Notes under the pieces: model-generated
The model's input: only the letters and a program-made list of their open reading frames with translations
Databases searched by the model: none
What the model was told of the DNA's origin: nothing
Shown: in pieces, positions 47,631-60,761 of the stretch
Layout: each line of letters begins with the position of its first letter
Numbering within the stretch: position 1 is the stretch's first letter
Source of the DNA: Azolla caroliniana
Lineage: Eukaryota; Plantae; Polypodiophyta
NCBI GenBank assembly: GCA_043228905.1
Contig: JBHGNT010000016.1
Coordinates: 11,222,001 to 11,286,000 of the forward strand
Reading direction: 5' to 3'
Length of the DNA: 64,000 nt
Position numbers and translations under genes: made by a program

Positions 47631-50600
47631 ATACAAGTCCTAGAAGGACTGACAGAAGTACTAACAGTACTTCAATGCTCATTGAGAGCTCCTACACTAA
47701 CTCCCAAATATATTCCTCACGGAATATCTTTCCTAACGGCCTCCCGGTTTACGCACCGATCCGGCCCTACCTACGCACCAGTCTATGTACCAGTTTACGC
47801 ATTCGGCCTAACCGATCGGTCCCAACCGATCCGGTCCTCGACTTCTTCAGCTGATCCGGCCGATGTTGAGCTTGTCTCTCAACACTCCCCCTCAAGCTCA
47901 ACTTGAGGCTCTTCGGGATCTTCGGGCTCACAGTTCCGGTTCCTCCTGGCTTCACGCCTCGCTCATGCTCCTCGACCTGTTCGACTCCACGCACTTCGAC
48001 CCTTCCGGTCGGCTTGTCTGCTCATGTGGCCCTTATCAGCTCTTCTGCTGTTGCGGTGTTGACGCTTCTCCTGCTGCCTTTTCTTCCGTTTGGGCCTCGA
48101 TTGATTCAACGTATCTGAATCAAACATCCGAACCGACTCGGCTACCTCCGATCGGTTTTCGCTCTCGTCCGAGTTGGCTGTCTCCAACTTTTCTTCGGTC
48201 TTCTCGCCCTCGATGGCGTCATCTTTCCCATGCGTGGTTGGCTTCGGCTCTCTCCTTCGGCTGTTCCCCTTCTGTCCGCTTCCGGATTTTTCCGCGGGTT
48301 CGCCCTCGGCTTCTTCAGTCGATCCGAAGTCGAACTCGACAACCGAGTCAACCGACTCGGTGTCGCGGTCTCCGCTCCTTTCCTGCTGGACTGTTCTCCC
48401 CCTCAAGTTTGGCACGTCGAGGTGACGCAATCCGAGCGCACCTGAGAATTGCCGCAACTTGTCCAGACCAAGAGGCTTGGTGAAGATGTCGGCAGTCTGC
48501 CGATCCGTCGGAACGTACTGAAGTTCGACTTCACCGGAAAGGACACGCTCACGGACGAAATGGTAGTGCACCTCAATGTGCTTGGTCCGTGCATGGAAAA
48601 CAAGGTTTTTTGCGAGTTGGATGCTGCTGAGGTTGTCGCAGTAGATTGTTGTCGGATCTGACACCTCCTCTTGCCGGTCCTTAACTAGCCGCTTCAACCA
48701 TATGGCTTCGCATGTCGCGACAGCCGCTCCTCGGTACTCAACTTCGGTGCTCGATAGTGCAACTGTCGGCTGCTTCTTATTGCTCCACGCAATCGCGGCA
48801 CTCCCGAGGGAGAACGCGTATCCGGACGTGGATCGGCGATCGGCGGCGTTGCCAGCCCAATAAGCATTGGTTTAGCCGACTAACTACGCGGCTGCACCGG
48901 TCCGATATAGCAGTCCCCGGTCCTTAGTGCCGTTGACATACCTAAGTATGCGTTGCGCACACTGAAGGTGCTCCTCGGTAGGTCGCGGCATGAACTGACT
49001 GATCACTCTAACCGGATAACTGAGGTCGGGTCGGGTGATGGTCAAGTATATGAGGCTTCCGACAATTTGTCGGAACCTCGTCGGGTCGCATACCTTTCCC
49101 GTATTGGGACGAAGCTTGATGTTTTTGTTCAGAGAAGTCGAGATGGACTTACAGTCGGCCATCCCGAATTTGAAGAGCATACTCAGCACATAATGACGTT
49201 GGCTGATCAATATGCCTTCGGGGGTACGGATCACTTTGATCCCGAGGAAGTAATGAAGGTCCCCCAGATCCTTCATGTCGAACGATGCCGCAAGCTGGAG
49301 CTTCACGCGGTCGATTTCACCTAGGTTGGCGCCGGTGATGACCAAGTCATCAACATATAGTAAAATACTAACCGGTCCGAGTCGACCTTTTCGGATGAAC
49401 AGGGAGGAGTCCGATTTTGACGTGACGAAGCCCATCCGACGCAGTTGTTGCGTGATCTTCGTGTTCCAGGTACGCGGGGCTTGCTTCAATCCGTAAAGGG
49501 ACTTCTTCAGTCAGCATACTACCGAGGAGTTTGTTCCAGAATGAAATCCAGGGGGCTGTACCATGTACACCTGTTCCTCAAGGTCACCTTGCAGGAACGC
49601 ATTCTTTACATCCATCTGATGTAAGTGCCACCCCTTCACCGCAGCTACTGCGAGCAAAACACAGACGATCGTCATTTTCGCGACTGGCGCAAACGTCTCA
49701 TCGTAGTCGATGCCGTGTTTCTGCGTGTAGCCCTTTGCCACTAGCCGAGCCTTGTACCGGTTGACCGAGCCATCGGTGTTGTACTTGACCTTGTACACCC
49801 ACCTACACCCGATCGGTTTAACCCCTCTTGGTGCGTGAACCAGGTCCCAGGTCTCGTTCTCTGCCAATGCGTGCATCTCTTCCTCCATCGCGGCACGCCA
49901 ATTCGCGTGTTTAGCCACTTCTGCATAGCTTTCCGGCTCACGCACTTCCGCTACACGGGTCATGTACGCATAATGATGCGCCATGTACTCGTTGTATCCG
50001 AACCGCAAAACAGGATTCTTCTGGCGGGTAGATCGGCGTAATCTCACATTAGCCGATGTCGAGGCCTTCTCGGTCGACGCGGACTTCACCTTTAAAGCCT
50101 GAGAAATGCATTTCTCGCACCAAACAAGCTTTAAAGACACGCGAGTAACCGACCAAGATGCATTTCTCAGGCTTTGCGTCTAGCTTCCTCCTTTTCTCCT
50201 TCGGTACATGCACATACGCAATGCTACCGAACACCCTCAAGTGTCGCAAGTTCGGCTTCGTTCCGAAATATAGCTCGTGCACCGACACTTTGTCTCCTAT
50301 CCGGTTCTGGATGTATACCGCGGTCCTTACCGCCTCGGCCCAGTAGAACTTGGGCAAGCTCTTCTCCTCCAGCATTGCCCATGCCGCTTCCACAACTGAC
50401 CGATTCTTCCTCTCGGCCACGCCGTTCTGCTCCGGCGTGTATCTACAACTGAATTCGCGCCGAATTCCCATTTGTTGTAGATAACCGTTGAATTGACCAG
50501 AAAAGTACTCTTTCCCGCCATCCGACCGCAGGCACTTGATCTTTCGTCCTGTTTCCGTTTCCACGAACCCTTTGAGGTCCCGGAAACAGTCGAAGACTTC

Positions 50601-52819
50601 GCTCTTCCTCTCAATGAGGTAGATCCACATGTGCCACGTGTGGTCGTCGATGAAGGAGACGAAATATCGGCTCCCGCCAAGACTAACATTTTGTGCCGGC
50701 CCCATACATCAGAGTGTATAAGGTCGAGCTTGTTCCGGCTCCGGTTTCGCTCGTTGGGGAAAGGAAGTCGGTGTTGCTTCCTGAGTTGGCAGGCTTCACA
50801 AATTTGTGCCTTTCGGCCACTAAATTTGGGCAATCCGAACACTACCTGTTTCGATTGCAGATCTTGAAGCCGCTGGTAGTTGACGTGGCCTATCCGCTTG
50901 TGCCACAAGTCGATGTTTGACTCGGATTTTTGTCCCTTCGCGAATATTGCGGTGCCGCCGTCAATGGAGTCGAGGATGAACATCCTCCCATCTCTGCGCC
51001 CTTGCGCAATAACACGGCCTTCTTCCTCAATGAAGCACCCGAGGTGTGTAAACCGAACCTCCATCCCTTGGTCGACGATCTGTCCGACCGAGACCAAGTT
51101 CTTCGTGATTGTCGGAACGTGCAACATGTTCATGAGTTTCCTTTTCTGCCGACATGGCTAAGGGGAACTTCTCCGACATTCGTGATCGGATGCGGAGTGT
51201 CGTCTCCAGTTGCGACTACTCCAGGTTGTATCGGTTTTTCAAGGTACGAGAACCACTCCTTATGGCTCGTCATGTGGTTTGACGCGCCGGAGTCTACGTA
51301 CCACACCTCGTCCGATCTTGGGGTGGTCCGTTTCATTGAGTTTGCTTCGTGTCTCGTCACGAAGGTAGACCCTTCTCCGGCTCTCCCGGAGTCTTCGGCG
51401 TAGTGTGATCGCTGCCGATTTCCCTTGTCGGTATCTCCGGAGCCGTTTCCGGAACCGGTTCTCTCCGAATCGGCGCGCTTCTTCCAGCACTCACTTTCCT
51501 TGTGGCCTTTCTTGCCACAGTACTAGCACTCCGCGATGGCCTTCCCTTGCCGGTTCTCATCGCTTCGACTCCCCCTGTTTCCGGAGGGTTCGGAGTTGCT
51601 GTCGGCATCACTTCGGTGCCTTCTTTCTTGATCTCGTCGGCCGCCTCCATTGCGTGCCGACTCGCCTCGTCCTCCATGTCCATGGGGCCTATCTCCCTCC
51701 GTGTACAACATTCTGCTCTCGGTGTGCGTGCTTGTAGACGCACCCGCGTGGTTCTCCTCTACCAGGAGCATTGACTGTAAGTCGAAAAAGGACGGCGTAT
51801 TCTCCCGGGTACACACATCCGTTCGGAACGCTCCGAACATCGACGCCAAACCTCCGAGACAGATCTGGACCATCTCGCTCTCCTCGATGTTCACCTCTAT
51901 GGAGGCAAGGGAGTCGCAGATATCCTTGATCTTCGAGGTATAGTCCGCCACCGACAAGTCGCGTTGTCGTAGGTTGCTCAACACCTGTGGTGCTCGCGGT
52001 GAAAATCTTCTTCAGATTTTCCCACGAACCCTTCGGCGTCTTTGCATCCCGAACATAGCTCAATAGCTGTTTGCCCACACACGACGCGAAGCAGCATAAT
52101 ACCCTGCTCGCCGATTGCTCCCACGACGGGAAGTCTCTGTGTGTCGATTTGAGTGCCGTGTCATTAGCTCCTTCGACATAACTCCAGTACCCGTGCCCGA
52201 GCAGGTACTGGTGCATCTTGTAGGACCAAGACGCATAGTTGGTTCTGTTGAGCTTCTCTGTTGGAAGCGAGCTCACCATGCCTCTATCCATCGTTCTTCT
52301 TGTTCTTCTTGGTCAAGCTGTGTCGGCTGCAAAGAGGTTCTCAACCCTCGCGCTCTGATACCATGTAAAAAGTAGCGTGTGGAAGCAAGTATGAAGACCG
52401 AACAGAAGGAAGAAAACTCAAGTTTAATGGAGAGCTTGAGCTTACGCAGTATACGCGGGAGAGATAGAGAGAGTGAGAGAGAGAAAAAACACAAGAAGTA
52501 TATTCAAGAACAGTACACAATCTCTATTCACCACTATCTACATATGTGTGTTCAATGAACACTTTATACAAGTCCTAGAAGGACTGACAGAAGTACTGAC
52601 AGTACTTCAATGCTCATTGAGAGCTCCTACACTAACTCCCAAATATATTCCTCACGGAATATCTTTCCTAACGGCCTCCCGGTTTACGCACCGATCCGGC
52701 CCTACCTACACACCAGTCTACGTACCGGTTTACGCATTCGGCCTAATTGATCGGTCCCAACCGATCCGGTCCTCGGCTTCTTCAGCCGATCAGGCCGATG
52801 TTGAGCTTGTCTCTCAACA
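47631..52819 (-). mobile_element. Copia element D, near full length (5' LTR 52364-52819, PBS 52352-52363, truncated 3' LTR 47631-47884)
   Basis: gag, PR WYVDSGASNHM, INT, RT and RNase H in copia order. Internal deletions near 50140 and 51985. Confidence 0.93.
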
Positions 52820-52879
52820 GTTTTCAATATTATTTAACAGAAATTCATTTATTTTTTTGATATTTCGCATCTACCTGTT

Positions 52880-53450
52880 TGTCTTTGGCATTTATAGCTC
52901 TTTTTTAGAATTAACATATCTTTAAACATATAAGTTGTTAGAAATTACTTATTGGTTCATATATTTGAGTTTCTCTATATTTTTCAATCTTCGTTTACAT
53001 GCAGTTGTACTAATAGGAATAGTCATACATAGTTGCCAATGGCCACAATTGCATCGTACCAAGTAATAATTTCCACCAAGATTGTGCTTTGCAGCAAATC
53101 TCCCGAGCATTATCCATTCCTCTTCTTTTAGCAATCCTTACAAGCATACCAACAAATGTTCTCGTTATTGAAGCATCTTTTCATGTCAACAATTTGGTTG
53201 TCAATATTAAACTTCCCAATAAGTTTGTGCAATCACTCCTTTCTCATTTTCTCTCTTTCATTTTCGTCAATGGAATATGAAGAAGGATTAAACAACTTGT
53301 CATTATTGAAAAATGTAACATTTGAGAAACTCTTGTTTAAGGCATCAATAACATGTTGAACAAAGGCTTTTCCAATCCTAACCAAACTACCATTTTCCAC
53401 ATTACCATGAAAAATATTTAAATTGAAACCACTACCAATACCACTCATTA
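52880..53450 (-). pseudogene. Probable hAT transposase C-terminal remnant
   Basis: WQLCMTIPISTTACKR resembles the hAT dimerisation motif (P.ST..CER.FS); heavily degraded. Confidence 0.45.
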
Positions 53451-53513
53451 GTTCTCTTGATCTTTTTCCAACCTTCTTTGGGTTTGGAATTGGTACTCTG
53501 AAAGAATGTAAGG

Positions 53514-54005
53514 TGTTAGGAATATGTTGCTCCTATGGGAGGAGCTTATTGGTCAGGCTCAGAGCTGACAATTGATGTAATGGAGAGTTGATTGAGAAAG
53601 AGTCGACATGGTAAGTCGACAATGTCGCAGATGTGATCCACGTCGAAGACACGACCGACTAGTCAAGCCAACTGCACAGTCGACATTGGAGCCGATTAGT
53701 CGACCAGTCGGTTGATTAATCATTATTTTTATTTAATAGAATAATAGGAGTGACAGTAGTAGTGGCCACATTTTAAAATAGCCCATACGGTGTATAAGTA
53801 TAAATAAACTTAGGGAAAAGATTTTGTTGTTGTTGCATAGTGTCGAGTTTTCATAGAGAGTGAGATATAGAGAGTGTGTGAGAGAGTGCATGAGATAGAG
53901 TTGCGACAGAGTTTGGTGAACCTGCCAAGAACTCTAAGGGGTTAAACTCTAAGCATCTGAGAAGAGTTGTAACCGCGCTTGTATTCTATGTGTATAGTGG
54001 AAGAT
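53514..54005 (+). repeat. Partial copia-like LTR related to the one at 47483
   Basis: tgttaggaatatgt...gggaggag start shared with 47483; TATAAATA box and GA tract. Confidence 0.6.
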
Positions 54006-54071
54006 CTATTCCCCCGTTGTCGCATGGCGCGTGACACACGTGCCAAACATCGTGATGTGCACGCCACATGT

Positions 54072-55150
54072 TGTCGTGCCTTCCAACGCTTCATCGTTGT
54101 GTGAGTCGGGTGGGAACCGTTGGGGTTTTGGACTGGAGGAGGGAGAATTTGCGACGAGTCTAGTTATGAATAGATTGTAAGAAAGAGAGATAGGAAACTC
54201 GTGAATCCCACGAGTATAGTGTGTATTAATCAATACTTAGAAAAGAATATGAATTTAGATTGAAAGAGAGAAATTGATAGAAACTCATGAATCCTACGAG
54301 TATAATATATTGTTAAGAATTAGGTAATTAACTACAGGTTATTTAGTACGTAATTATGTGATTAAGTTAAGTGAAAGATTAAGTGATATGTGTGTGAGAG
54401 GAAGTTAACACTTATGAACAACGAGACAAGATGGGGGATGATTAACTATATTAAAAAGCATCATCAAATACAAAAATACCCATACTGAGGTGTATATATA
54501 CATCTCATGTTCAAAGGTGCACATGGGTAAGTAGAATATAGGTACAAGGGTGTAAGTCCTATATTAAATGAACATGGGAGTGGAGGATCTACAATGTATC
54601 CCACTCAAGTACAAAATTCTATTTAAGGCTTTAAGGTTAATACACTAACTGGATTCTACCTAGGTAACTACTAAGATACGTGTGTTGACTAACTAAACTA
54701 AGTTGAGCTTGATATCTCAACATATATTAATCAACCCTTATAATAAAAAAATCAACTACTTATTACAATTTTCTCTCCACCCTTATATAGTGATGGGAGC
54801 ATCATGCTTTTTCTAAAGTGTTCATGCATATTAGATGTGCATGAATCACTTATCTATTATGTTTTTTCTTCTAATAATAGTGTTCATGCACGTGAGATGT
54901 TGAATAGCTTTTTCGATCATGTGTTTTCTTCTAACTAAAGTTTTATGCACTCTACGTGTAAAAGTAGCTTTTCCTAAAAATATATGGGATATCTACTTTT
55001 TTAACAGTTATGATGTGTTAATATAATGGTAAAACTACAAATTATTAACATGGAGGTACAAGATTTAAATCCTGCCCTATGTTGTAATATATATTTTAAT
55101 ATTTTCTTCTATTTCTTCATTTTGATTGAATCGGGTACTTTATACGTTTT
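54072..55150 (-). repeat. LTR of the same family as 62489-63215, interrupted by a solo LTR
   Basis: Shared tgtcgtgcctt, gtgagtcgggtgggaacc, ctcgtgaatcccacgag, ccttatatagtgatgggag. Confidence 0.75.
54311..54722 (-). mobile_element. Copia solo LTR
   Basis: TG...CA ends, TSD TATAT on both sides, gttgagcttga..ctcaaca end shared with other copia LTRs here. Confidence 0.85.
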
Positions 55151-55275
55151 TCCACAAGCTCTTGAAGTCGTCGTAGTGTGCTTCCATAGAACACTTCTTC
55201 GATTACTCCCACGATTTCTTCGTGTTCTTTTATGATTGATGCAAACTGTAGCTCATCCTGCATCTTTCAAAGTTC

Positions 55276-57630
55276 GGGGGCCGGCACAAAACGTTAGTCT
55301 TGGCGGGAGCCGATATTTCGTCTCCTTCATCGACGACCACACGCGGCACACGTGGATCTACCTCATTGAGAGGAAGAGTGAAGTCTTCGACTGTTTCCGG
55401 GACCTCAAAGGGTTCGTGGAAGCCGAAACGGGACGAAAGATCAAGTGCCTGTGGTCGGATGGCGGAAAAGAGTACTTTTCCGGCCAATTCAACAGTTATC
55501 TACAACAAATGGGAATTTGGCGCGAATTCAGTTGTAGATACACGCTAGAGCAGAACGGCGTGGCCGAGAGTGTATAAGGTCAAGCTTGTTCCGGCTCCGA
55601 TTTCACTCGTTGGGGAAGGGAAGTCGGTGTTGCTTCCCGAGCTGGCAGGCTTCACAAATTTGTGCCTTTCGGCCACTAAACTTGGGCAATCCGAACACTA
55701 CCTGCTTCGTTTGCAGATCTTGAAGCCGCTGGTAGTTGACGTGGCCTATCCGCTTGTGCCACAAGTCGATGTCCGACTCGGTCTTTTGTCCCTTCGCGAA
55801 CATTGCGGTGCCGCCGTCAGTGGAGTCGAGGATGAACATTCTCCCATCTCTGTGCCCTTGCGCAATCACACGGCCTTCTTCCTCAATGAAGCACCCGAGG
55901 TGTGTAAACCAAACTTCCATCCCTTGGTCGACGATCTGTCCGACCGAGACCAAGTTCTTCGTGATTGTCGGAACGTGTAGCACGTTCATGAGTTTCCCTT
56001 TCTGCCCGACATGACTAAGGGGAACTTCTCCGACATTCGCGATCAGATGTGGAGTGTCGTCTCCTGTTGCGACTACTCCCGGTTGTATCGGTTTTTCCAG
56101 GTACGAGAACCACTCCTTATGGCTCATCATGTGGTTTGACGCGCCGGAGTCTACGTACCACACCTCGTCCGATCTCGGGGTGCTCTGTTTCATTGAGTTT
56201 GCTTCGTGTCTCGTCACGAAGACAGACCCTTCTCTAGCTCTCCCAGAGTCTTTGGTGTAGTGCGATCGCTGCCAATTTCCCTTGTCGGTATGTCTGGAGC
56301 CGTTCCCAGAACCAGTTCTCTCCGAATCGGCACGCTTCTTCCAGCACTCGCTTTGCCTGTGGCCTTTCTTGCCACAGTACCAGCACTCCGCGATGGACTT
56401 CCCTTGCCGGTTCTCATCGCTTTGACTCCCCCTGTTTCCGAAGGGTCCGGAGTTGCTGTTGGCATCACTTCGGTGCCTTCTTCCTTGATCTCGTCGGCCG
56501 CCTCCATTGCGCGCCGACTCGCCTCGTCCTCCACGTCCACGAGGCCTATCTCCCTCCGTGTACAACATTCTGCTGTCGGTGTGCGTGCTTGTAGACGCAC
56601 CCGCGTGGTTCTCCTCTAGCAGGAGCATCGACTGTAAGTCGAAAAAGGACGACGTATTCTCCCGGGTACACACATCCGTTTGGAACGCTCCGAACTTCGA
56701 CGCCAAACCTCCGAGACATATCTGGACCATCTCGCTCTCCTCGATGTTCACCTCTATGGAGGCGAGGGAGTCGCAGATATCCTTGATCTTCGAGGTATAG
56801 TCCGCCACCGACAAGTCGCATTGTCGTAGGTTGCTCAACTCCTGTCGGAGCTGAAGCTTCCTGGCTGTGGTGCTCGCAGCGAAAATGTTCTTCAGATTTT
56901 CCCACGCACCCTTCAGCGTCTTTGCATCCCGAACATAGCTCAGTAGCTGTTCGCCCACACACGACGCGAAGCAGTAGAATACCCTGCTCGCCGATTGCTC
57001 CCACGACGGGAAGTCTCTGTGTGTCGATTCGAGTGCCGCGTCATTAGCTCCTTCGACATAACTCCAGTAGCCGTGCCCGAGCAGGTACCGGTGCATCTTG
57101 TAAGACCAAGACACGTAGTAAGTTCTGTCGAGCTTCTCTGTTGGAAGCGAGCTCGCCATGCCTCTATCCATCGTTCTTCTTGTTCTTCTTCGTCAAGCTG
57201 TGTCGGCTGCAGAGAGGTTCTCAGCCCTCGCGCTCTGATACTATGAAGAAAATAGCGTGCGGAAGCAGGTATGAAGACAGAACAGAGGAAGTAAACTCAG
57301 GTTCAATGGAGAGCTTGGGCTTACGCGATATAAGCGGGAGAGACAGAGAGAGAAACACAAAGAACTCTGTATTCAATAATAATACTCAGTCTATACATAA
57401 GACGTGCTCAGTGAGCACTTTTATACAAGTCCTAGAAGGACTGACCGAAGTACTGATAGTACTTCAATGCTCATCAAGAGCCCCTACACTAACTCCCAAA
57501 TATATTCCTCACGGAATATCTTTCCTAACGACCTCCCGGTTTATGTACTCGGCCTAACCGATCGGTCCCAACCGATCCGGTCCTCGGCTTCTTCAGCCGA
57601 TCCGGCCGATGTTGAGCTTGTCTCCCAACA
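55276..57630 (-). mobile_element. Copia element F (family of D), 5' part only: LTR 57244-57630, mutated PBS, gag-PR ORF 55603-57171, inverted integrase piece 55276-55570
   Basis: High similarity to 50410-52819; 522-aa open frame. Confidence 0.9.
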
Positions 57631-59140
57631 TGAACCCTTCTCGGTTTCTCCTTTCCACGTGATTTTCAGACCGTTGTCGAAAATCTTCACGACAACGCAC
57701 AAAGTGATAATGCACTTGTATGTGGTTAGTGTGATCGTGGAAGACTAGGTTCCTCGCAAGTTGGATGCTGCTAAGGTTATCATAGAAGATTGTCGTCGGG
57801 TTGGCAACCTCTACTTGCACATCCTTTAATAGCCGCTTGAGCCATATAGCTTCGCATGTAACGATAACTGCTCCTCTGTATTCGACCTTGGTGCTCGATG
57901 GTGCCACTATTGGTTGTTTCTTGCTGCACCAGGTGATTGTCATGCTTCCTAATGAGAATGTGTATCCGGATGTTGTTTGACGATTGCTGGCATTTCTTGC
58001 CCGATTGGCATCCATGTAGCCAACTAATTATTCGACTACACAGGTTCAATACAACATCCCATGATCCTTCGTGCCACTCACATAGCGTAATATCCGTTGT
58101 GTGCACAAAAGGTGTTCGAACATCGGTTGCATCATGAATTGACTGATTAAGACGACCGGATAGTTGAGGTCCGACCGGGTGATCGTCAAATAGATGAGGC
58201 TTCCAACAATCTACTGAAATCATGTCGCATCGCATGCTAACCCCAATTCGTGGCGAAGCTTGACATTCTTGTCAAGAGGAGTCAAGTCGGATTTGCAATT
58301 CGTCATGACAATTTTGCAATCTGTCATGCCGAATTTGAAGAGCATATTTAACACATAATTCCTTTGGTTGATCAATATACTTTCCGGGGTTCAGATCACT
58401 TCAATCACGAGGAAATAATGAAGGTACCCCAAATCCTTCATTTCAAATAATGTTGATAATTGAGACTTCACTTGGCCGATTTCATCAAGATCGGCGCCAA
58501 CGATGACCAAGTCATCCACGTATAGCAATATGTTGACCGACCCTTTCCAACCTTGCTAGATGAATAGAGAAGAATCCTATTTTGACGGTTGAAACCCCAT
58601 CCAACGCAATCGTTGTGTGATCTTCGCGTTCCAGGCTCGTGGAGCTAGCTTCAGTCCGTAAAGGGATTTCTTCAGCTGGCAAACCGTCGACTTGTTCAAT
58701 TCGGATTGAAATCAGGAGGTTGCACCATATAAACCTATTCCTCAAGGTCGCTTCGCAAAAACACGTTCTTCACTTCCATCTGATGCAGGTGCCATCCCTT
58801 TTCGCTACTACTACCAACAATACATGGTTGATGCCGTGTGTCTACGCATATCCCTTGGTCACCAATTGGGTCATGTACTTGTTTGACGTTGCCGTCAGCT
58901 TTGTATTTCACCTTGAATACCCATTTGTAGCCAATTAGCTTGATACCTTTGGGGGGGTCAACCAGGTCCTATGCCTTGTTTTCGAGTAGTGCATGCATCT
59001 CTTCCTCCATGACAGTTTTCTAATTGGCATCCTATGCCACCTTTGCAATTAGCTCTTCAACTCACGTATCTCCTCCACTTTGGTCATGTACGCATAATAA
59101 TGCATCATGTACTCATAATATCCATACTAGATTACGGGGT
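57631..59140 (-). mobile_element. Older copia RT-RNase H remnant
   Basis: ITWCSKKQ, CEAIWLKRLL and degraded RT motifs. Confidence 0.85.
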
Positions 59141-59143
59141 TTT

Positions 59144-59385
59144 AGTGGAATGAAAATCGGATAGATTGGGATTCAAAGCTTCATAGCGTGCTTTGGGCAT
59201 ACCGAACGAGCTTCAAGACCAGTATCCAGTCTACACCATTCCAGTTAGCTTTTGGACTAGACGTTGTCATGCTAATTGAATTTTAGGTGTAGAGTCTCCG
59301 AGTGCAAGTTCGGGAGCGGCTAAATGAGATAGAATCGAAGCAAATCCGATCAGAGTAATTATTGGTGCTTGGGGAAGATCTCCTC
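59144..59385 (+). mobile_element. Gypsy integrase fragment related to elements B and C
   Basis: DWDSKLHSVLWAYRTSFKTSIQSTPFQLAFGL matches 23880-24060. Confidence 0.75.
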
Positions 59386-60761
59386 TCAGAGGAAGCGGTC
59401 CTAACATACCCGGACATACCTGATATGACACATGAGTTCGCCGCAATTCTGCAATTCGGTAGCAACCATGAGATGGTGGAGTGGCTTGGCTACCAAAACA
59501 TATTAGTAGCATCTCGCAAGGTAGCCAAACTCTAGGAATAAGAGATGATCCGATGCGCTATTATGCCAAGGATGAAGGCAAACAGGCTGAATCGGATAAC
59601 GTTCGACCAAGTGGGAATGCCAACACTCAATCCATCATTACCCGAAATACATAAGGGTGTTGTCCAAGGAGTTGTCCACGGTGTGACATGCAACAAGGGA
59701 CATGATGGAGTGTCTGATGAATATTCGACATGCGGCAGAATATGTGGTGAGAGAATGGGAGGAATCCAATAGTCGAATACGGCTATTGGAAGAGCAATTA
59801 AAAGAAATGGAACGAAGGCTAGCCAACCAAATAGAGGAACTGGTGGTTCTAAAAATAGAGGACTTAGTCGGCAAGAATGACAAAGCAACCACGTTGACAT
59901 ACGGAGGGGAAGAAGATAAGGTGGAGCAAGAGCCAGGAGGGATGACGAAGACCATCCTAGACACCAACAACGAAATAGAACCACTAATTGCCAACATACT
60001 AGCTCAAGGGGAAATCACGCATGCAAGCTGACCGGAGGAGGCCATGGTGGAAAGAGAAGCAACTAGACAGACTCAAGAAGCCGTGGTTCTGGAAACAAGG
60101 GACTTTCCTGGGAAGGATCACGGGGACATTGAGTCAATGGAAAGGCGGTTAGAAGAAGGTATGGTGACGACAACAACAACTCTAGATGTAGTGAAGAATG
60201 CGGAACCAGTCCAATTTGTGGAAGTAGAGCCGACCAAGAACCAGATTGAAGGATTGTGGGAGACCTTTCTCTACCAACTCTTGATTTGAACCCTTGACTT
60301 CAACACCGAGAGACAAAACACTTCCCCAAATGAGCTAGCTTCTTTTCTTAACAAATTGTTTGATTTCTTACTTTCTCTTCCTTGATTCTCCTTTTCCCTC
60401 CTTTACTCTTTTTATAGGTGCCCCCATGCATATGATGCATGTGAGGGTACAAAGCATGCATATAGTGCATGAAATGCATGTGATGCATGATCGCCATTTG
60501 GCATTCATGAATTACATGTGATGCATGATAGACATCTCGCGCATTTGAGCTTTCATGTATTAAAATATATATGGGAATCATGAAAATATACTTTAAAAAC
60601 AACTAACCAATCTTAGTGGTGTGTACCTCGTGCTTGGTATACAAGGTTGAGGGTTCAAGTCTCTGAATTTTACTCAATTCAATATTTAGCTTCATTCTTA
60701 TATCCTGAAGCGTATTCTTTGCAATATTTCTAAAAGGGTGTGGGTTCAAGTCTCTCAAATA

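Noticed and set aside
54010-54071. CACGTGCCA and CACGCCA next to an LTR, as a possible fourth tRNA-mimic motif
   Set aside because: Short match without the T-arm pattern; this LTR family has a normal PPT at 63216.
59545-60289. Short coiled-coil-like ORFs
   Set aside because: Interrupted by a stop, no recognisable domain, lies among TE debris.
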